32,000 nt of DNA from Archaeoglobus fulgidus DSM 4304 (GTDB lineage Archaea; Halobacteriota; Archaeoglobi; Archaeoglobales; Archaeoglobaceae), in contig NC_000917.1 of NCBI RefSeq assembly GCF_000008665.1, positions 1,260,001-1,292,000 on the forward strand. Reading direction: 5' to 3'. Both the position numbers and the translations under genes were made by a program. Within the stretch, counting starts at the first letter, position 1, and each line of letters begins with the position of its first letter. This document shows positions 16,588 through 27,435 of the stretch, piece by piece. Under the pieces are notes generated by a model. That model was not told the DNA's origin. It was given only the letters and a program-made list of their open reading frames with translations, and ran no database searches.

Positions 16588-17702
16588 TGCAAATCCCTCA
16601 GCAATATCTGAGCATACTGCAGTGCCGGCTTAATGGCGTTCTTCCTCATCAGCACGTCCTCAAGCGCCGCCAGAGTTGAGACTGTCTCGAACTTCCCAAC
16701 GTTCCCCATCGTTCCGATTCTGAAAATCTTGCCCTTCAGCTCTCCCTGTCCACCGCTTACGAGGATGCCATACTCCTTCTTCAGCGTGCCTCTAAGCTCG
16801 GAGTCGCTGACACCTTCCGGCATTTTTATTGCAGTTACCGTGTTCGAGTAGCTCGAATATTTGTTCAGGTTGGGGAAGAGCTCTAAACCAGCTTCAACAG
16901 CCCACTTTCTCACAGCAGCACTCAGAATGCGGTGCCTCTGGATTCTGTTTTCCAGCCCTTCTTCATCAATAATCTTCAGCGCCTCGGCGAGGGCGAAGAA
17001 GAGCGGAACTGCTGGAGTGTAGGGGGTCTGCATGTCCTTCAGCTTCTTCCTGTAGGCAGCTAAGTCAAGATAGTAGGGGCAGCGCTCGTTGTAGTAATCC
17101 CACGCCTTCTCGCTCACAGCAACTGCAGCAAGCCCTGGAGGAGCGCCGAGGCACTTCTGGCTGCCCACGATGGCAACATCCACACCCCACTCATCCATTT
17201 TGACGTAATCCCCTCCAGCGGAGGTTATCGCATCCATTATAACAAGAGCGTCATACTCCTTCGCCAGCTTTGCAATCTCCTTTGCAGGGTTAAGGATGCC
17301 CGTGGAGGTTTCGTTGTGGACGAAGGCAACAGCCTCGCATCCATTATCCAGAGCCTCCTTAACAGCATCAAGCTCGAAGCTCTCCCCCCACGGCACCTTC
17401 ACCCTCTCAACCTGTGTGTAGCGCTCCGCTATGTCTCCAAGCCTCTCCCCAAACTTTCCGTTTTCGAGCGTGGCTATCTTCTTAACCCTGCTGAATGAGG
17501 CGATTGCAGCCTCCATTCCTGCTGTTCCTGAGCCTGAAATCAGGCAAATGTCCCCCTTCGTGCCGAAAATCTCCCTAAGCTTCTCAACGCAGAACTCCAT
17601 GATTGCGCTGAAGTCTGCCGTTCTGTGACCAATCATCTGCCTTGCCATGGCTCTGATAATTCTCTCATGCAGCTGAACCGGGCCGGGAATCATCAACAGC
17701 AT
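16584..17702 (-). CDS. Class V PLP-dependent aminotransferase (AGXT / serine-pyruvate / archaeal phosphoserine-aspartate type), 372 aa
   Basis: Motifs are LMIPGP, SGSGTAGMEAA, HNETSTG and a PLP-lysine context VGSQKCLGAPPGLA. Confidence 0.85.
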   Translation of the reverse strand: MLLMIPGPVQLHERIIRAMARQMIGHRTADFSAIMEFCVEKLREIFGTKGDICLISGSGTAGMEAAIASFSRVKKIATLENGKFGERLGDIAERYTQVERVKVPWGESFELDAVKEALDNGCEAVAFVHNETSTGILNPAKEIAKLAKEYDALVIMDAITSAGGDYVKMDEWGVDVAIVGSQKCLGAPPGLAAVAVSEKAWDYYNERCPYYLDLAAYRKKLKDMQTPYTPAVPLFFALAEALKIIDEEGLENRIQRHRILSAAVRKWAVEAGLELFPNLNKYSSYSNTVTAIKMPEGVSDSELRGTLKKEYGILVSGGQGELKGKIFRIGTMGNVGKFETVSTLAALEDVLMRKNAIKPALQYAQILLRDLQ

Positions 17703-18130
17703 TATCTCCCTCCGTACTTCTCCAAAATCCTCTCAATTATTTTGTGCGAACTGCAAAGCGGGCAATCCTCCTTAACCCTAATCCTGACAACCTCACAGTT
17801 CAAATTCCTCTTCCGCAATTCCTCCTTAAGCCAATCCTCATCAAAATGCTGGTCGTGGCCCAGAACAATAACGTCGGGCTTCAGCTCCATTATAGGCCTG
17901 AACATGTCATCCTCATCGCCGAGAATTGCTTTGTCAACATACTTTATCGCCTCAACAACCCTCCTGCGCTGCTCTTCAGGCACAACAGGCTTTGGCTTAT
18001 GTCTGACATTCTTCTCCCTCGCCACAATCACGATGAGCTCATCTCCCAGCTTCTTCGCCTCTCTGAGGAAGGTTATGTGTCCCGGATGGATTATGTCGAA
18101 AGTCCCTGTAGCCACGACCCTTTTCTTCAT
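17702..18130 (-). CDS. ribL: Archaeal FAD synthase (FMN adenylyltransferase), cytidylyltransferase fold, ~142 aa
   Basis: VVATGTFDIIHPGHITFLREAKKLGDELIVIVARE...EEQRRRVVEAIKYVDKAILG is the (H/T)xGH nucleotidyltransferase motif and resembles MJ1179 RibL. The track start at 18136 is a TTG; I prefer the ATG at 18130. The stop shares one base with the next ATG (TAATG). Confidence 0.85.
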   Translation of the reverse strand: MKKRVVATGTFDIIHPGHITFLREAKKLGDELIVIVAREKNVRHKPKPVVPEEQRRRVVEAIKYVDKAILGDEDDMFRPIMELKPDVIVLGHDQHFDEDWLKEELRKRNLNCEVVRIRVKEDCPLCSSHKIIERILEKYGGR

Positions 18131-18164
18131 CTCCAATCCAAATTCAGGTAGGCATAAAAGTTTT

Positions 18165-18980
18165 TCAGATATTCTCCGCTATAAGCTCAGCAACGCTTAT
18201 CCTGCTGAAGGCACACTCAACAGTGTCGGTAGCGATGATGTCCTTAATTCCGGCATTGAAGAGCTTTATTGCAGCATTCTCAGCCAGAACTGCGTGAACG
18301 CATGCCGCACTGACGCTTTTAGCTCCAAGACCGTAAAGAATTCTCGCAGCCTCAGCAACTGTGCCGCCAGTGGAGATTATGTCGTCCACAATGACAACGT
18401 CTCTTCCCTCAACGTCGATTGTCTTGGGAGTGATTTCGACAGTTGTGGCGTCAATCCTGCGCTTCTCCATGTAGTCCCACTCACATCCTGCATGCTTTGC
18501 AGCAGTCTTTACTCTCTCCATCGAGCCTTTATCGGGGGAAATCATAACAACATCCTTCCCTGCAAAGTACTCACCAACCAAGGGCATTGCATCGAGGTTC
18601 TTCAGCTTGCTGAAGTGCGATGCCGCATCGCTGCTGTGGATGTTTACAGTAACAACTTCGTCAGCCCTGCTTTCCAGCATCTCAGCCACAATTTTAATGC
18701 TCACAGCTTCTCCTTCCTGAAACACCTTGTCCTGCCTTGCGTAGCCCATGTATGGAACCACAGCCTTGGCATTTTCCAGAACATCCAAGGCGAAGATTAG
18801 GGCAATGAGGTCTTCATTGGAGTTTATGCTTCCCACAACCACCCCTTCTTTCTCCATCACCCTCACGTAAAGCTCTCCATCGGGAAATTTTTTGAAAACC
18901 GCCCCTCCAATCTCAATTCCTGCGGCTTCAGCAACCCTCCTCGCCAGCAGCGGAGAAGACGGACACGGAATTATTTTCAT
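18165..18980 (-). CDS. prs: Ribose-phosphate pyrophosphokinase (PRPP synthase), 271 aa
   Basis: The PRPP-binding loop is VVIVDDIISTGGT. Upstream motifs are KFPDGELYVR and VPYMGYARQDK. Confidence 0.9.
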   Translation of the reverse strand: MKIIPCPSSPLLARRVAEAAGIEIGGAVFKKFPDGELYVRVMEKEGVVVGSINSNEDLIALIFALDVLENAKAVVPYMGYARQDKVFQEGEAVSIKIVAEMLESRADEVVTVNIHSSDAASHFSKLKNLDAMPLVGEYFAGKDVVMISPDKGSMERVKTAAKHAGCEWDYMEKRRIDATTVEITPKTIDVEGRDVVIVDDIISTGGTVAEAARILYGLGAKSVSAACVHAVLAENAAIKLFNAGIKDIIATDTVECAFSRISVAELIAENI

Positions 18981-19004
18981 GAATCAAAAAAAGAGGAAGG
19001 GCTT

Positions 19005-19754
19005 TTAACTTTTAGCTTTCTCCACGAAGAACTTCAGAAGCTCCACAGGAATGGGCATCACGATGGTCGTGTTCTGCTCCGCAGAAATCTCGTTTAAAGT
19101 TTGCAGATACCTCAGCAAAATCGCCCCTTCACTCTGGGCAAGCACGTCAGCAGCTTCCCTCAGCTTCATTGCAGCCTGATACTCACCCTCAGCCCTTATA
19201 ATCTTCGACCTCCTTTCTCTCTCAGCTTCAGCCTGCATCGCCATTATCCTGCGCATCTCCTCTGGCAGTTCAACGTCCTTTATCTCCACAGCGGTCACTT
19301 TAATGCCCCACGGATTCGTCTCCTCGTCAATAATCTGCTGAAGCTTCACGTTGAGCTTATCCCTCTCCGAAAGCACCTCATCCAGCTCTGCCTGACCAAT
19401 TATGCTTCTGAGCGTGGTTTGGGCAAGCTGGGCGGTGGCGTACTGGTAGTCAAAAACCTCCGTCACGGCCTTTGCTGGATCAACGACTCTATAGTAAACC
19501 ACCGCATTAACCTTAACCGTCACGTTGTCCTTTGTAACAACCTCCTGCGATGGCACATCGTACGTTACAGTTCTGAGGTCAACGACAACCATGTTTTCGA
19601 GAATCGGGATTATAAAGAACAGTCCCGGCCCCCTCGCCCCCACAAGCCTTCCGAGCCTGAATATAACTCCCCTCTCGTACTCCTTGACTATTCTTACAGC
19701 GGAGAGGAGAAACAGAACCACCACTATAAGCAATCCTATCCAGTACCACTCCAT
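19005..19754 (-). CDS. SPFH/Band-7 stomatin-like membrane protein, 249 aa
   Basis: There is an N-terminal membrane hairpin ([16 protein letters not shown]). The SPFH core reads [13 protein letters not shown]...[18 protein letters not shown]...[10 protein letters not shown], followed by a coiled-coil tail ([17 protein letters not shown]). The track start at 19760 is a TTG; I prefer the ATG at 19754. Confidence 0.9.
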   Translation of the reverse strand: MEWYWIGLLIVVVLFLLSAVRIVKEYERGVIFRLGRLVGARGPGLFFIIPILENMVVVDLRTVTYDVPSQEVVTKDNVTVKVNAVVYYRVVDPAKAVTEVFDYQYATAQLAQTTLRSIIGQAELDEVLSERDKLNVKLQQIIDEETNPWGIKVTAVEIKDVELPEEMRRIMAMQAEAERERRSKIIRAEGEYQAAMKLREAADVLAQSEGAILLRYLQTLNEISAEQNTTIVMPIPVELLKFFVEKAKS

Positions 19755-19970
19755 ACGCAAATAAATAACAAGAGGCTAATAAGGTTTTTCATGAGTTTGA
19801 TATTGAGATATTGCAGAAAACGAATCCACGAAGTCTTGAAGCGTTGCCAGCAGAATAACTTGACAAAACGAATAGCCCTGATGGAGTGTGAAATAGACTA
19901 TCCGGGAAGCTTTGAAGCTGAGTGACAGAGTATCGTGAGATTTTCCGAGCCCGCAGTTGAATTTGGACAG

Positions 19971-22613
19971 CTATTCTCCCTCGTATCCCAGCACCTCTCC
20001 AATCTTTTTCAGCATCTCTCCGAAGGTTTCCCAGTCCCCGTTCTTTGCGGCATCGACGAGCTTGCTGTAGTACTCCCTTAGAATCTCCAGCTTCTCCTCC
20101 ACAGTCTCAGACGGTTTTTCAGGTGTTGCTGGCTTTTCAGCTGGTTTTTCTCCCTTAAACAGATTCTCCAAAGCTTCGTAAAGGTTCGTTCCCGTTGCAA
20201 GCTCCTCATCCTGAACAACGATAACCAGCCTGAGTTCCGGGATTTTCGCAGACTCCCCTCTAAGATACACAGGCTCCACGTAAAGCACTGAATGGTTTAT
20301 GGGCACCACGAGCAGGTTGCCCCTTATCACCCTCGAACCTGCCTGGTTCCAGAGGGTGAAGAGCTTTGACAGCTCCGAATCCTGGTCAATTCTCGCCTCA
20401 ATCTGCATCGGTCCGTAAATCAGCTCTCCTTTCGGAAACTCGTATATAATCAGCTCTCCGTACTTCTCATCGCACCTTGCAGCCATCCACGCAATCATGT
20501 TGTCCCTGTTCACCGGCGTCATGGGGAGCATCAGTATGAACTCCGGCTTATCTTCGATGGCCAGAGTAACGTAGTAGGGTTCAACCTCTATGACATCATC
20601 CTCGTACTTCTCCTTGGCAACAGCCCAGACGTCTTCCCTGTTGTAGAAAGCCGTCACGTCCTTCATGTGGTAGGTGGAGTAAATGTGCGCCTGCACCTCG
20701 AAGTAGTCCCTCGGATACCTGATGTGCTTCCTGAACTCCTCCGGCATATCCTTCAAAAAGACTCCGGGCAAGGCTTTTTCGAGTGCTCTCACGTACGCAT
20801 CTTCCTGCACGACGTAGAATCTAACGCTTCCGTTGTAGGCGTTTACAAACACTTTGACGGGATTCTGCATGTAGTTGAACCCCCTGACCTCAGCAGAGTA
20901 AGGGAAGTTCTGAAGAACAGAGTAGGCGTCGATTATCCACCAGATTTCGCCGTCGATAACTGCGACATAAGGGTCGTCATCGTAAACGAAGAATGGCATT
21001 ATGGTTGAGACCCTTTCAACAATATCGCGGTGCATCATCAGCCTGCTTTCGTCGGTGATGTAGTTACTGAGAATCAGGTTTATGTCCCCAAATCTGAAGG
21101 AGAAAAGCACTTTCCTGAAGTAATCCAGCTTTATCCCCCCATCGCCAGCATATTTGGTGAAGAAGTTCACGTCCCCCTTGGGATAGTCAAACTCCTCCTG
21201 AAGCGTGTTCACCACCACGTAGTCGTCTGTAAGCTCGCCGTAGTAGATTTCCGGCCTCTCAATTTTGATTAAGCCCTCAGGCGGAATGTCGTAGATGTAG
21301 AACTCCGGCAAGCCCTCCTTTGAGACTTTGTTGACGGGCGATGCGACGATTCCGTAACCGTGGGTGTAAATCAGATGCTTGTTCAGCCACGTCTGGGCTC
21401 TTGACGGCAGGTTTTCTGTTGACAGTTCTCTTGCAGCAAGCAAAAGCTGAACGTAGCTGTCGTTAATCCTGTATCTGTCCACGTCAACGTCCTGAATGAC
21501 GTAGTACGTTCTGATCTGCTGCAGCTGCCTGAAAACGTCTCTGATAGGCCTGTGGTCCCAGATTCTGATGTTGTCTATCGTGTCCTTAGCCTCGAGGATG
21601 TCGTTGTAGTTAACCACATCCCAGTAATCGAATTTCTGCAGCTTGACATCATGCAGATTGTAGGCGAAGAGAGTGTAGTTTATGCTGTAGGCTATATATC
21701 TCCCCTCGTAGCTCAGCTCGGACGGCTCAACGACGAACTTCTGAACGAAGAAGGGGGCAACGAATGTCAGCAAAATGGCGATTACAAAAAGCACACCCAC
21801 TATCTGAAACACTCTTTCAACTCTTCTTCTCGCAACGATGTAGGCGGCAAAAATTCCGGAAAGCAGAACGATTGCAGAGAGAAACATAAGGGAGGGGGAC
21901 AGAATGTTTACGTCAACGTAGCTTGCCCCGCTAATCAAGCCGTGCTCCGAATGAACGATCTCGAACCTTGAGAGGTATATCAGAGCAGCGGACAAAAGGA
22001 ATGATGCAAAGAGAAGAGCGGAGAAGTGCATGAACCCGCTCCCCGGAAAGATTTCCTTAAACTCCTCCAGGCTTTTAACCCACCTGAAGGCGTACATGTA
22101 AGCAAAGGCGGCTATGGCCAAAGAAATCAGCAAAGCTGCAAGCAGAGACCCGATAACTATCTTCAGAAACGGAAGCTGGAAGGTGTAGAAGGCCGCATCT
22201 ATCCCGAAAATTGGATCGCTTACTCCAAAATTGGATGAGTTAAAGTAGAAAAGCATGCTGCTCCAGTAGTTCTTAACCGTGAGCGCTGCAAAGAATGCAA
22301 TTCCAAAATCGGCAAGGTGGGGGATTTTCAGCGGCTCGCCGTGGAACTCAAGTGTGACCTTTCTTACGGCAACATTTGTGAGGAACAGGGGAACAAAGAA
22401 AATAATGAACTCGAGGAAGAAGAAGCCAAGCGAGTGTTTCAGGTAGGTTAGGAAGACGTTTTCGTAGCCAACGGACTCAAACCACAGCATTTCGGTGTAA
22501 TAGTAGATCGAAAGCGAAATGACGATAACCAAACCAAATACGAAGGCGAGGAAGTAGAATACCTTCATTTCGGGCGGTTTGTATGGGGGAGGGTACACTG
22601 GCGGTTCCTGCAT
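19971..22613 (-). CDS. UPF0182-family large integral membrane protein, 880 aa, function unknown
   Basis: About 7 N-terminal transmembrane helices are followed by a ~600-aa soluble region with conserved blocks ([36 protein letters not shown]) that I remember from UPF0182/COG1615 proteins. The tail is Lys/Glu/Pro-rich. Confidence 0.8.
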
Positions 22614-22662
22614 AATGCAATTCTGCTTTGAATGTTAAAAAGTTTGCTGTGCTACCAATACT

Positions 22663-23340
22663 CTACCCTTCGAGCAGAAGCTGAACCGCAGCTTCGGCGT
22701 GCAGTTTTGTGGTGTTGTAAAACTCCTCATCCCTGAGGATTAGCGGGAGTTCGGTGCATCCTAAAATTATTCCCTCAGCACCCCTCTCCTTAAGTTCATC
22801 TACAATTTTTCTAAGCCTTCTCTCCGACTCCTCCCTTATTATTCCGAGGCAGAGTTCGTCAAAGATGATGCTGTGAATCGCATTTCTGTCCTCCTCCTTT
22901 TCGGGGACAATTACTTCAATCCCGTGCTTTTTCATCCTTTCCTGATAAAATCCATCCTCCATCGTGAACTTCGTGCCAAGCAGCCCGGCTTTTTTGACAC
23001 CATCCCCCTTCAAAGCTTCAGCAGTCACATCGATTATGTTTATCAGCGGAATGCCGATTCTTTTCTCCACAGCATCAGCAACCTTGTGCATAGTGTTCGT
23101 GCAGATTAGAACTGCCTTAGCTCCGGCATTCTCAAGCTTCACCGCAATATCTCCAAGAATTTCTCCGAGCCTGTCCCACTCGCCTGCCTTCTGCAAACTG
23201 ACGATTTCCTCAAAGTTCACGGAGTAAAGGAGTACTTCGGCGGAGTTCCAGCCCCCGAGCTTTTCTTTGACCATTTCGTTCATGATTCGGTAGTATTCGA
23301 CCGTCGACTCCCAGCTCATTCCGCCGATTAATCCAATCAT
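22663..23340 (-). CDS. Aspartate racemase (Asp/Glu/hydantoin racemase family), 225 aa
   Basis: MIGLIGGMSWEST opens the protein. The two catalytic Cys contexts are ICTNTMH and ILGCTELPL. Confidence 0.8.
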   Translation of the reverse strand: MIGLIGGMSWESTVEYYRIMNEMVKEKLGGWNSAEVLLYSVNFEEIVSLQKAGEWDRLGEILGDIAVKLENAGAKAVLICTNTMHKVADAVEKRIGIPLINIIDVTAEALKGDGVKKAGLLGTKFTMEDGFYQERMKKHGIEVIVPEKEEDRNAIHSIIFDELCLGIIREESERRLRKIVDELKERGAEGIILGCTELPLILRDEEFYNTTKLHAEAAVQLLLEG

Positions 23341-23375
23341 AAATAGACTAATCGCCTAACAAGATAAAGCTTTGG

Positions 23376-24539
23376 CTACTGCGGAAAAATCTCGTCAAGC
23401 GACTTCTGCACGACCTTTTCTATACCAAAATAGTCTGCTGCCGCCTTTCCAACTTTATCAACGAATCTCCTGTCCGTGTAAACACCAAGTCTCCAGTTTT
23501 CTACCGCCGCATCCTTCAACGCCTTAACGAGGGGGGAAACCTCTTCAAGCGGCTTCAGCCCACTCTCAGTGTCCACCATAACTCCCGACTCCCTCATCTC
23601 CTCCACGGGAGGGATGTCGACGATGACGTACCTCTCATCTACTCCGGCCATTTCCGCAACCTCCCTCTCAGCCCTTCTCTCGCTTGTCCTCATCACCTCC
23701 CTGAAATCCAGAGACCTCCGGGAAACGTAAATGGCCCTCTTAAACAGCCTCCTGTTGTTCAGTCTGTCGTATGTCTCCCTTTCCTTTTCCTTCAGAAGCA
23801 TCATCGCGTCAACGTCATCCATTTCCAGAAGATTCTCGGCCTCAAAGCCGGCCTCGATTATTCTCTCCATCGCCCTCTCGTACATCTTCCTCGCTATTCT
23901 GCAAACGTGGTGGAAGTAAACCGTCGGATACATGAGAAACCTTGATATGAGAAGGCTTTCTGCAGCCTTAACACCCCCCTGCTCGATGACAACAGCGCCA
24001 TCGAACTTTATCTTGTCAATGAGGCGGTAGATGTCGAAGACCCCGTATGCAACACCCGTGTAGTGAGAATCCCTGACGAGGTAATCCATCCTGTCAGCAT
24101 CAATCTCTCCGTTGACAACGGATCTTCTCTTTCCAGTCACAATTGCCTCAATCTCCGAAATCCTGAATCCAAGGTTTTTCAGCACATCTTTCAACTCTCC
24201 CCTTACCACCTTCGAAATCGTCTCGTGGTTGTAGGATGCGTACTTTTCGAGGAGTCTCTCGCTCCCGTGAGAAAAGGGTGCATGGCCAACATCATGAAGC
24301 AGCGCTGCAGCAACAACGACATCATCAAAACCCATTCTCTCCTGAAGGATCCTTGTGACGTGCATCACGCCGAGACTGTGCTCAAATCTGGTGTGGTTGG
24401 CTCCGGGATAAACGAGGTTGGCAAAGCCGAGCTGGTTGATTCTCCTCAGACGCTGGAACTGAGGAGTGTCAACAATCTCAACCATCCAGTCCTCCAGCTT
24501 AATTACACCGTGAATAGTATCCTGAATGCTTTTTTCCAT
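23376..24539 (-). CDS. HD-domain phosphohydrolase, COG1078 / SAMHD1-like dNTP triphosphohydrolase-related, 387 aa
   Basis: HD motifs are TRFEHSLGV and LLHDVGHAPFSHGSE, plus a DADRMDYLVRD block. Confidence 0.8.
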   Translation of the reverse strand: MEKSIQDTIHGVIKLEDWMVEIVDTPQFQRLRRINQLGFANLVYPGANHTRFEHSLGVMHVTRILQERMGFDDVVVAAALLHDVGHAPFSHGSERLLEKYASYNHETISKVVRGELKDVLKNLGFRISEIEAIVTGKRRSVVNGEIDADRMDYLVRDSHYTGVAYGVFDIYRLIDKIKFDGAVVIEQGGVKAAESLLISRFLMYPTVYFHHVCRIARKMYERAMERIIEAGFEAENLLEMDDVDAMMLLKEKERETYDRLNNRRLFKRAIYVSRRSLDFREVMRTSERRAEREVAEMAGVDERYVIVDIPPVEEMRESGVMVDTESGLKPLEEVSPLVKALKDAAVENWRLGVYTDRRFVDKVGKAAADYFGIEKVVQKSLDEIFPQ

Positions 24540-24615
24540 TGATGTTGTTCTGGTTGGGCCGATAAAAATTTACCGCTAAAAGGCCTGTCTTGAAGTATTT
24601 AGCGCATCACCCAAC

Positions 24616-24630
24616 CTAAAAAATTTTAAC
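24616..24630 (+). promoter_or_regulatory. TATA-like box for pheT-apgM
   Basis: CTAAAAAATTTTAAC is centred about 29 nt upstream of the ATG at 24652. A mirror box (minus strand AAATTTTTATC, ~24563-24575) sits ~25-30 nt upstream of the divergent HD gene. Confidence 0.4.
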
Positions 24631-24651
24631 CTCAACTTCAAGCAAAATCCA

Positions 24652-26295
24652 ATGCCAGTTGTCACGCTTTACTGGGATGAACTCGAAAGGCTCGTTGGGG
24701 CTGACAGGGATACCATTCTTTCCCGCCTCCCCATGCTTGGATGCGATATCGAGAGAGTTGAGGATGACCACGTTGATGTTGAGTTCTTTCCCAACCGCCC
24801 TGATTTGTACAGCGTCGAGGGCGTTGCGAGGGCTTTGAGGGGCTTCCTCGGCATAGAGAAGGGGCTGAAAAGCTACTCTGCAGTCAAAGGAGAGTGGAAG
24901 ATTACAGTTGAGGAGAGCGTTCTTGCGGTGAGGCCGAGAATTGTTGGCTGTGTTGTTAAGGGCATCAGGATGACTGATGAGGTCATCAGAAGCCTCATGG
25001 AGGTTCAGGAGGACCTGCACTGGACAATAGGGAGGAACAGGAGAAAGATGGCCATCGGAGTTCATGATTTGAGCAAGGTTTACTTCCCCCTCCGCTACAA
25101 AGCTGTTGATGCGAACTTCTCCTTTGTTCCCCTTGACTTTGACAGAGAAATGACGGTTGCGGAGATTCTGGAGGAGCATCCCAAGGGAAAGGCATACGCT
25201 TTCATACTCGAAGGGAAGGACAGCTATCCCATGATTGTTGACTCTAAGGATGAAGTAATCTCCTTCCCTCCGATAATAAACGCTGAGAAGACCAGAGTGA
25301 CCGAAGAGACTACAGACCTATTTATCGACGTTACAGGCTTCGACGAGAACGTTGACAGGGCCATTGCCATACTTGCCTGCATGCTCGCAGACAGAGGTGG
25401 CAGAATTGAAAGTGTTGAGGTCGTTTATCCCGACCACGTTGAGCTTACGCCAAATCTTGACGTCAGATTCATGGAAGTTGACGTTGATGAGGTGAACTCC
25501 CTTCTCGGTCTGAGCTTATCTGCAGAAGAAATAAAAGAGTCCCTCGAAAAGATGCGTTTTTCGTGCGAAATTGAGGGGGAGAAGCTGAAGGTGGGAATCC
25601 CTCCCTACAGGGCGGACATAATGCACGAGTGGGATGTTATTGAGGATGTTGCCATAGGCTACGGATACGAGAACATAACCCCAGAAATCCCTCCAACGCT
25701 CACCTTCGGCAGAACTCATCCGTGGAACGACATCAGGAGCCTCGCAAAGGAAATAATGATTGGCCTTGGATTTACCGAGGTTATAACCTTCACCTTAACC
25801 AATGAGGCGGTGATGTACGAAAAGATGAGGAGGAAGGGCGAGCCGTGGAAGGACTACGTGCCTGTTATGCACCCACTCACGACTGAGCACACAATTCTGC
25901 GAACATCCCTACTGCCAAAGCTTCTTGAGCTTCTCTCCTACAACAAGCACCACGAAATGCCCCAGATGGTGTTTGAGGTGGGAGATGTTGTTGTAAACTC
26001 GAAGAACAGGCTGCATTTGGCAGCATGCATCACCCACTCAAGAGCGAACTTTTCCGAAATCAGGAGCTACGTTCAGGCGGTGATGAGGGAGCTTGATTTG
26101 ACATGGGAGGTAAGGGAGTCGGACGATGAAGCCTTCATCGACGGCAGGAGGGCCGAGATAGTTGTTGATGGTAAAGCTGTTGGAGTTTTCGGGGAGGTAC
26201 ATCCTGAGGTCCTTGAAGGCTTTGAGCTTACAATGCCCGTCTCAGCCTTCGAGATTGATTTGTCAGCTTTTTTTGATACAGGAGAGCTGCTATGA
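24652..26295 (+). CDS. pheT: Phenylalanine--tRNA ligase beta subunit (archaeal type), 547 aa
   Basis: The N-terminus [16 protein letters not shown]...[18 protein letters not shown] is typical. The B3/4 and B5 regions include [27 protein letters not shown]. Confidence 0.95.
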
Positions 26296-27434
26296 AGTAT
26301 CTGCTGCTGATTCCGGACGGAATGGCCGACTGGGAGGTGGAGGAGCTTGACGGCAGAACCCCCCTTGAGGTTGCTGAGACTGAGAACATGGACTTCCTCG
26401 CCAAGGAGGGGGCTTGCGGGATAGCAAAAACCGTCCCGGACGGCTTTGAGCCGGGAAGCGATGTTGCCAACCTCACAATTCTGGGAGTTGATGTGAGAAA
26501 GCATTACACGGGAAGGGGGCCTATTGAGGCTCTGGCGAGAGGAGTGAAGGGGAAGCTTGTCTTTCGCTGTAACCTCGTGAAGGTTGAGGATGGAGTGATG
26601 GTGGACTACTCAGGCGGGAGAATAAGCGATGAGGAGGCGAGAAAAGTTATTGAGGAGCTTAACAGGGCAAAGCCCTACGACTTCGTGAAGTTCTACGCCG
26701 GCAAAAGCTACAGAAACCTGCTGGTTATAAACAAAGATTTCAGGGATGACGTAAAAACCTTTCCGCCGCACGACATAACCGGTAAGGAGATTGATAAGCA
26801 CCTGCCCTCCGGTGGAGAGCTTGCAGAGCTTCTTAAAGAGTTGATGGGCTGGTCGGCAGAGATTTTGCCAGAAATTACCGATAAGGCCAACATGATATGG
26901 CCGTGGGGTGGGGGGAGGATGCCATCCTTCCCGAACTTCGGGCAGAGATACGGGCTGAGGGGAGCGATGATTACGGAGGTTGACCTCCTTGAGGGCATAG
27001 CAAGGGGCATGGGCATGGAAGTCGTGCAGGTTGAGGGAATTACCGGCTACATCGACACCAACTACAGGGGGCTTGTGAGGGAGACTGCGAGAGCACTGGA
27101 GGAGCATGATTTCGTTGTACTGCACACAGAGGGTATTGATGAGGTCGGACACGAGGGCGATGCTGAGCTGAAGGTTAGGGCGATTGAGCTTTACGACAGC
27201 AAAATTGTTGGAAAGCTGCTGAACAAAGTTGATCTGGATGAGACAAGAATACTGCTCCTCCCAGACCATCCCACTCCAGTTAAGGTGAAAACGCACGTTG
27301 CTGAACCAGTCCCCTTTACTTTATACGGCAGGGGGAGAGATGAGGTTAAGGTTTACACGGAAAAAAGCTGCAGAAGGGGAAAATTCGGCCTTGTGGATGG
27401 TTTAAGGCTTATGGACTTACTTATAAAAAAATAG
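26292..27434 (+). CDS. apgM: Cofactor-independent (2,3-BPG-independent) phosphoglycerate mutase, archaeal ApgM type, 380 aa
   Basis: Motifs are [17 protein letters not shown] and the metal ligands [13 protein letters not shown] and LLLPDHPTP. Its ATG overlaps the pheT stop (ATGA). Confidence 0.9.
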
Positions 27435-27435
27435 G

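Noticed and set aside
17625-18800. 391-aa plus-strand ORF
   Set aside because: It is entirely antisense to the well-supported ribL and prs genes. Its composition is Ser/Leu-rich and low in complexity, it has no recognisable motif, and it has no promoter or Shine-Dalgarno context. It is a typical shadow ORF.
19876-19920. Possible C/D-box sRNA (CTGATGG ... CTGA) in the UPF0182-stomatin spacer
   Set aside because: The C box deviates from RUGAUGA, the spacing is only ~43 nt, and there is no internal D'/C' pair. It is not convincing by eye.
19101-19925. 274-aa plus-strand ORF
   Set aside because: It is antisense to the stomatin gene, which has a clear SPFH signature. The ORF has no motifs, so I treat it as a shadow ORF.
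26610-27296. 228-aa minus-strand ORF (and the similar 187-aa ORF at 24616-25179)
   Set aside because: They are antisense to apgM and pheT respectively, both of which have unambiguous family signatures. Neither ORF has independent support.
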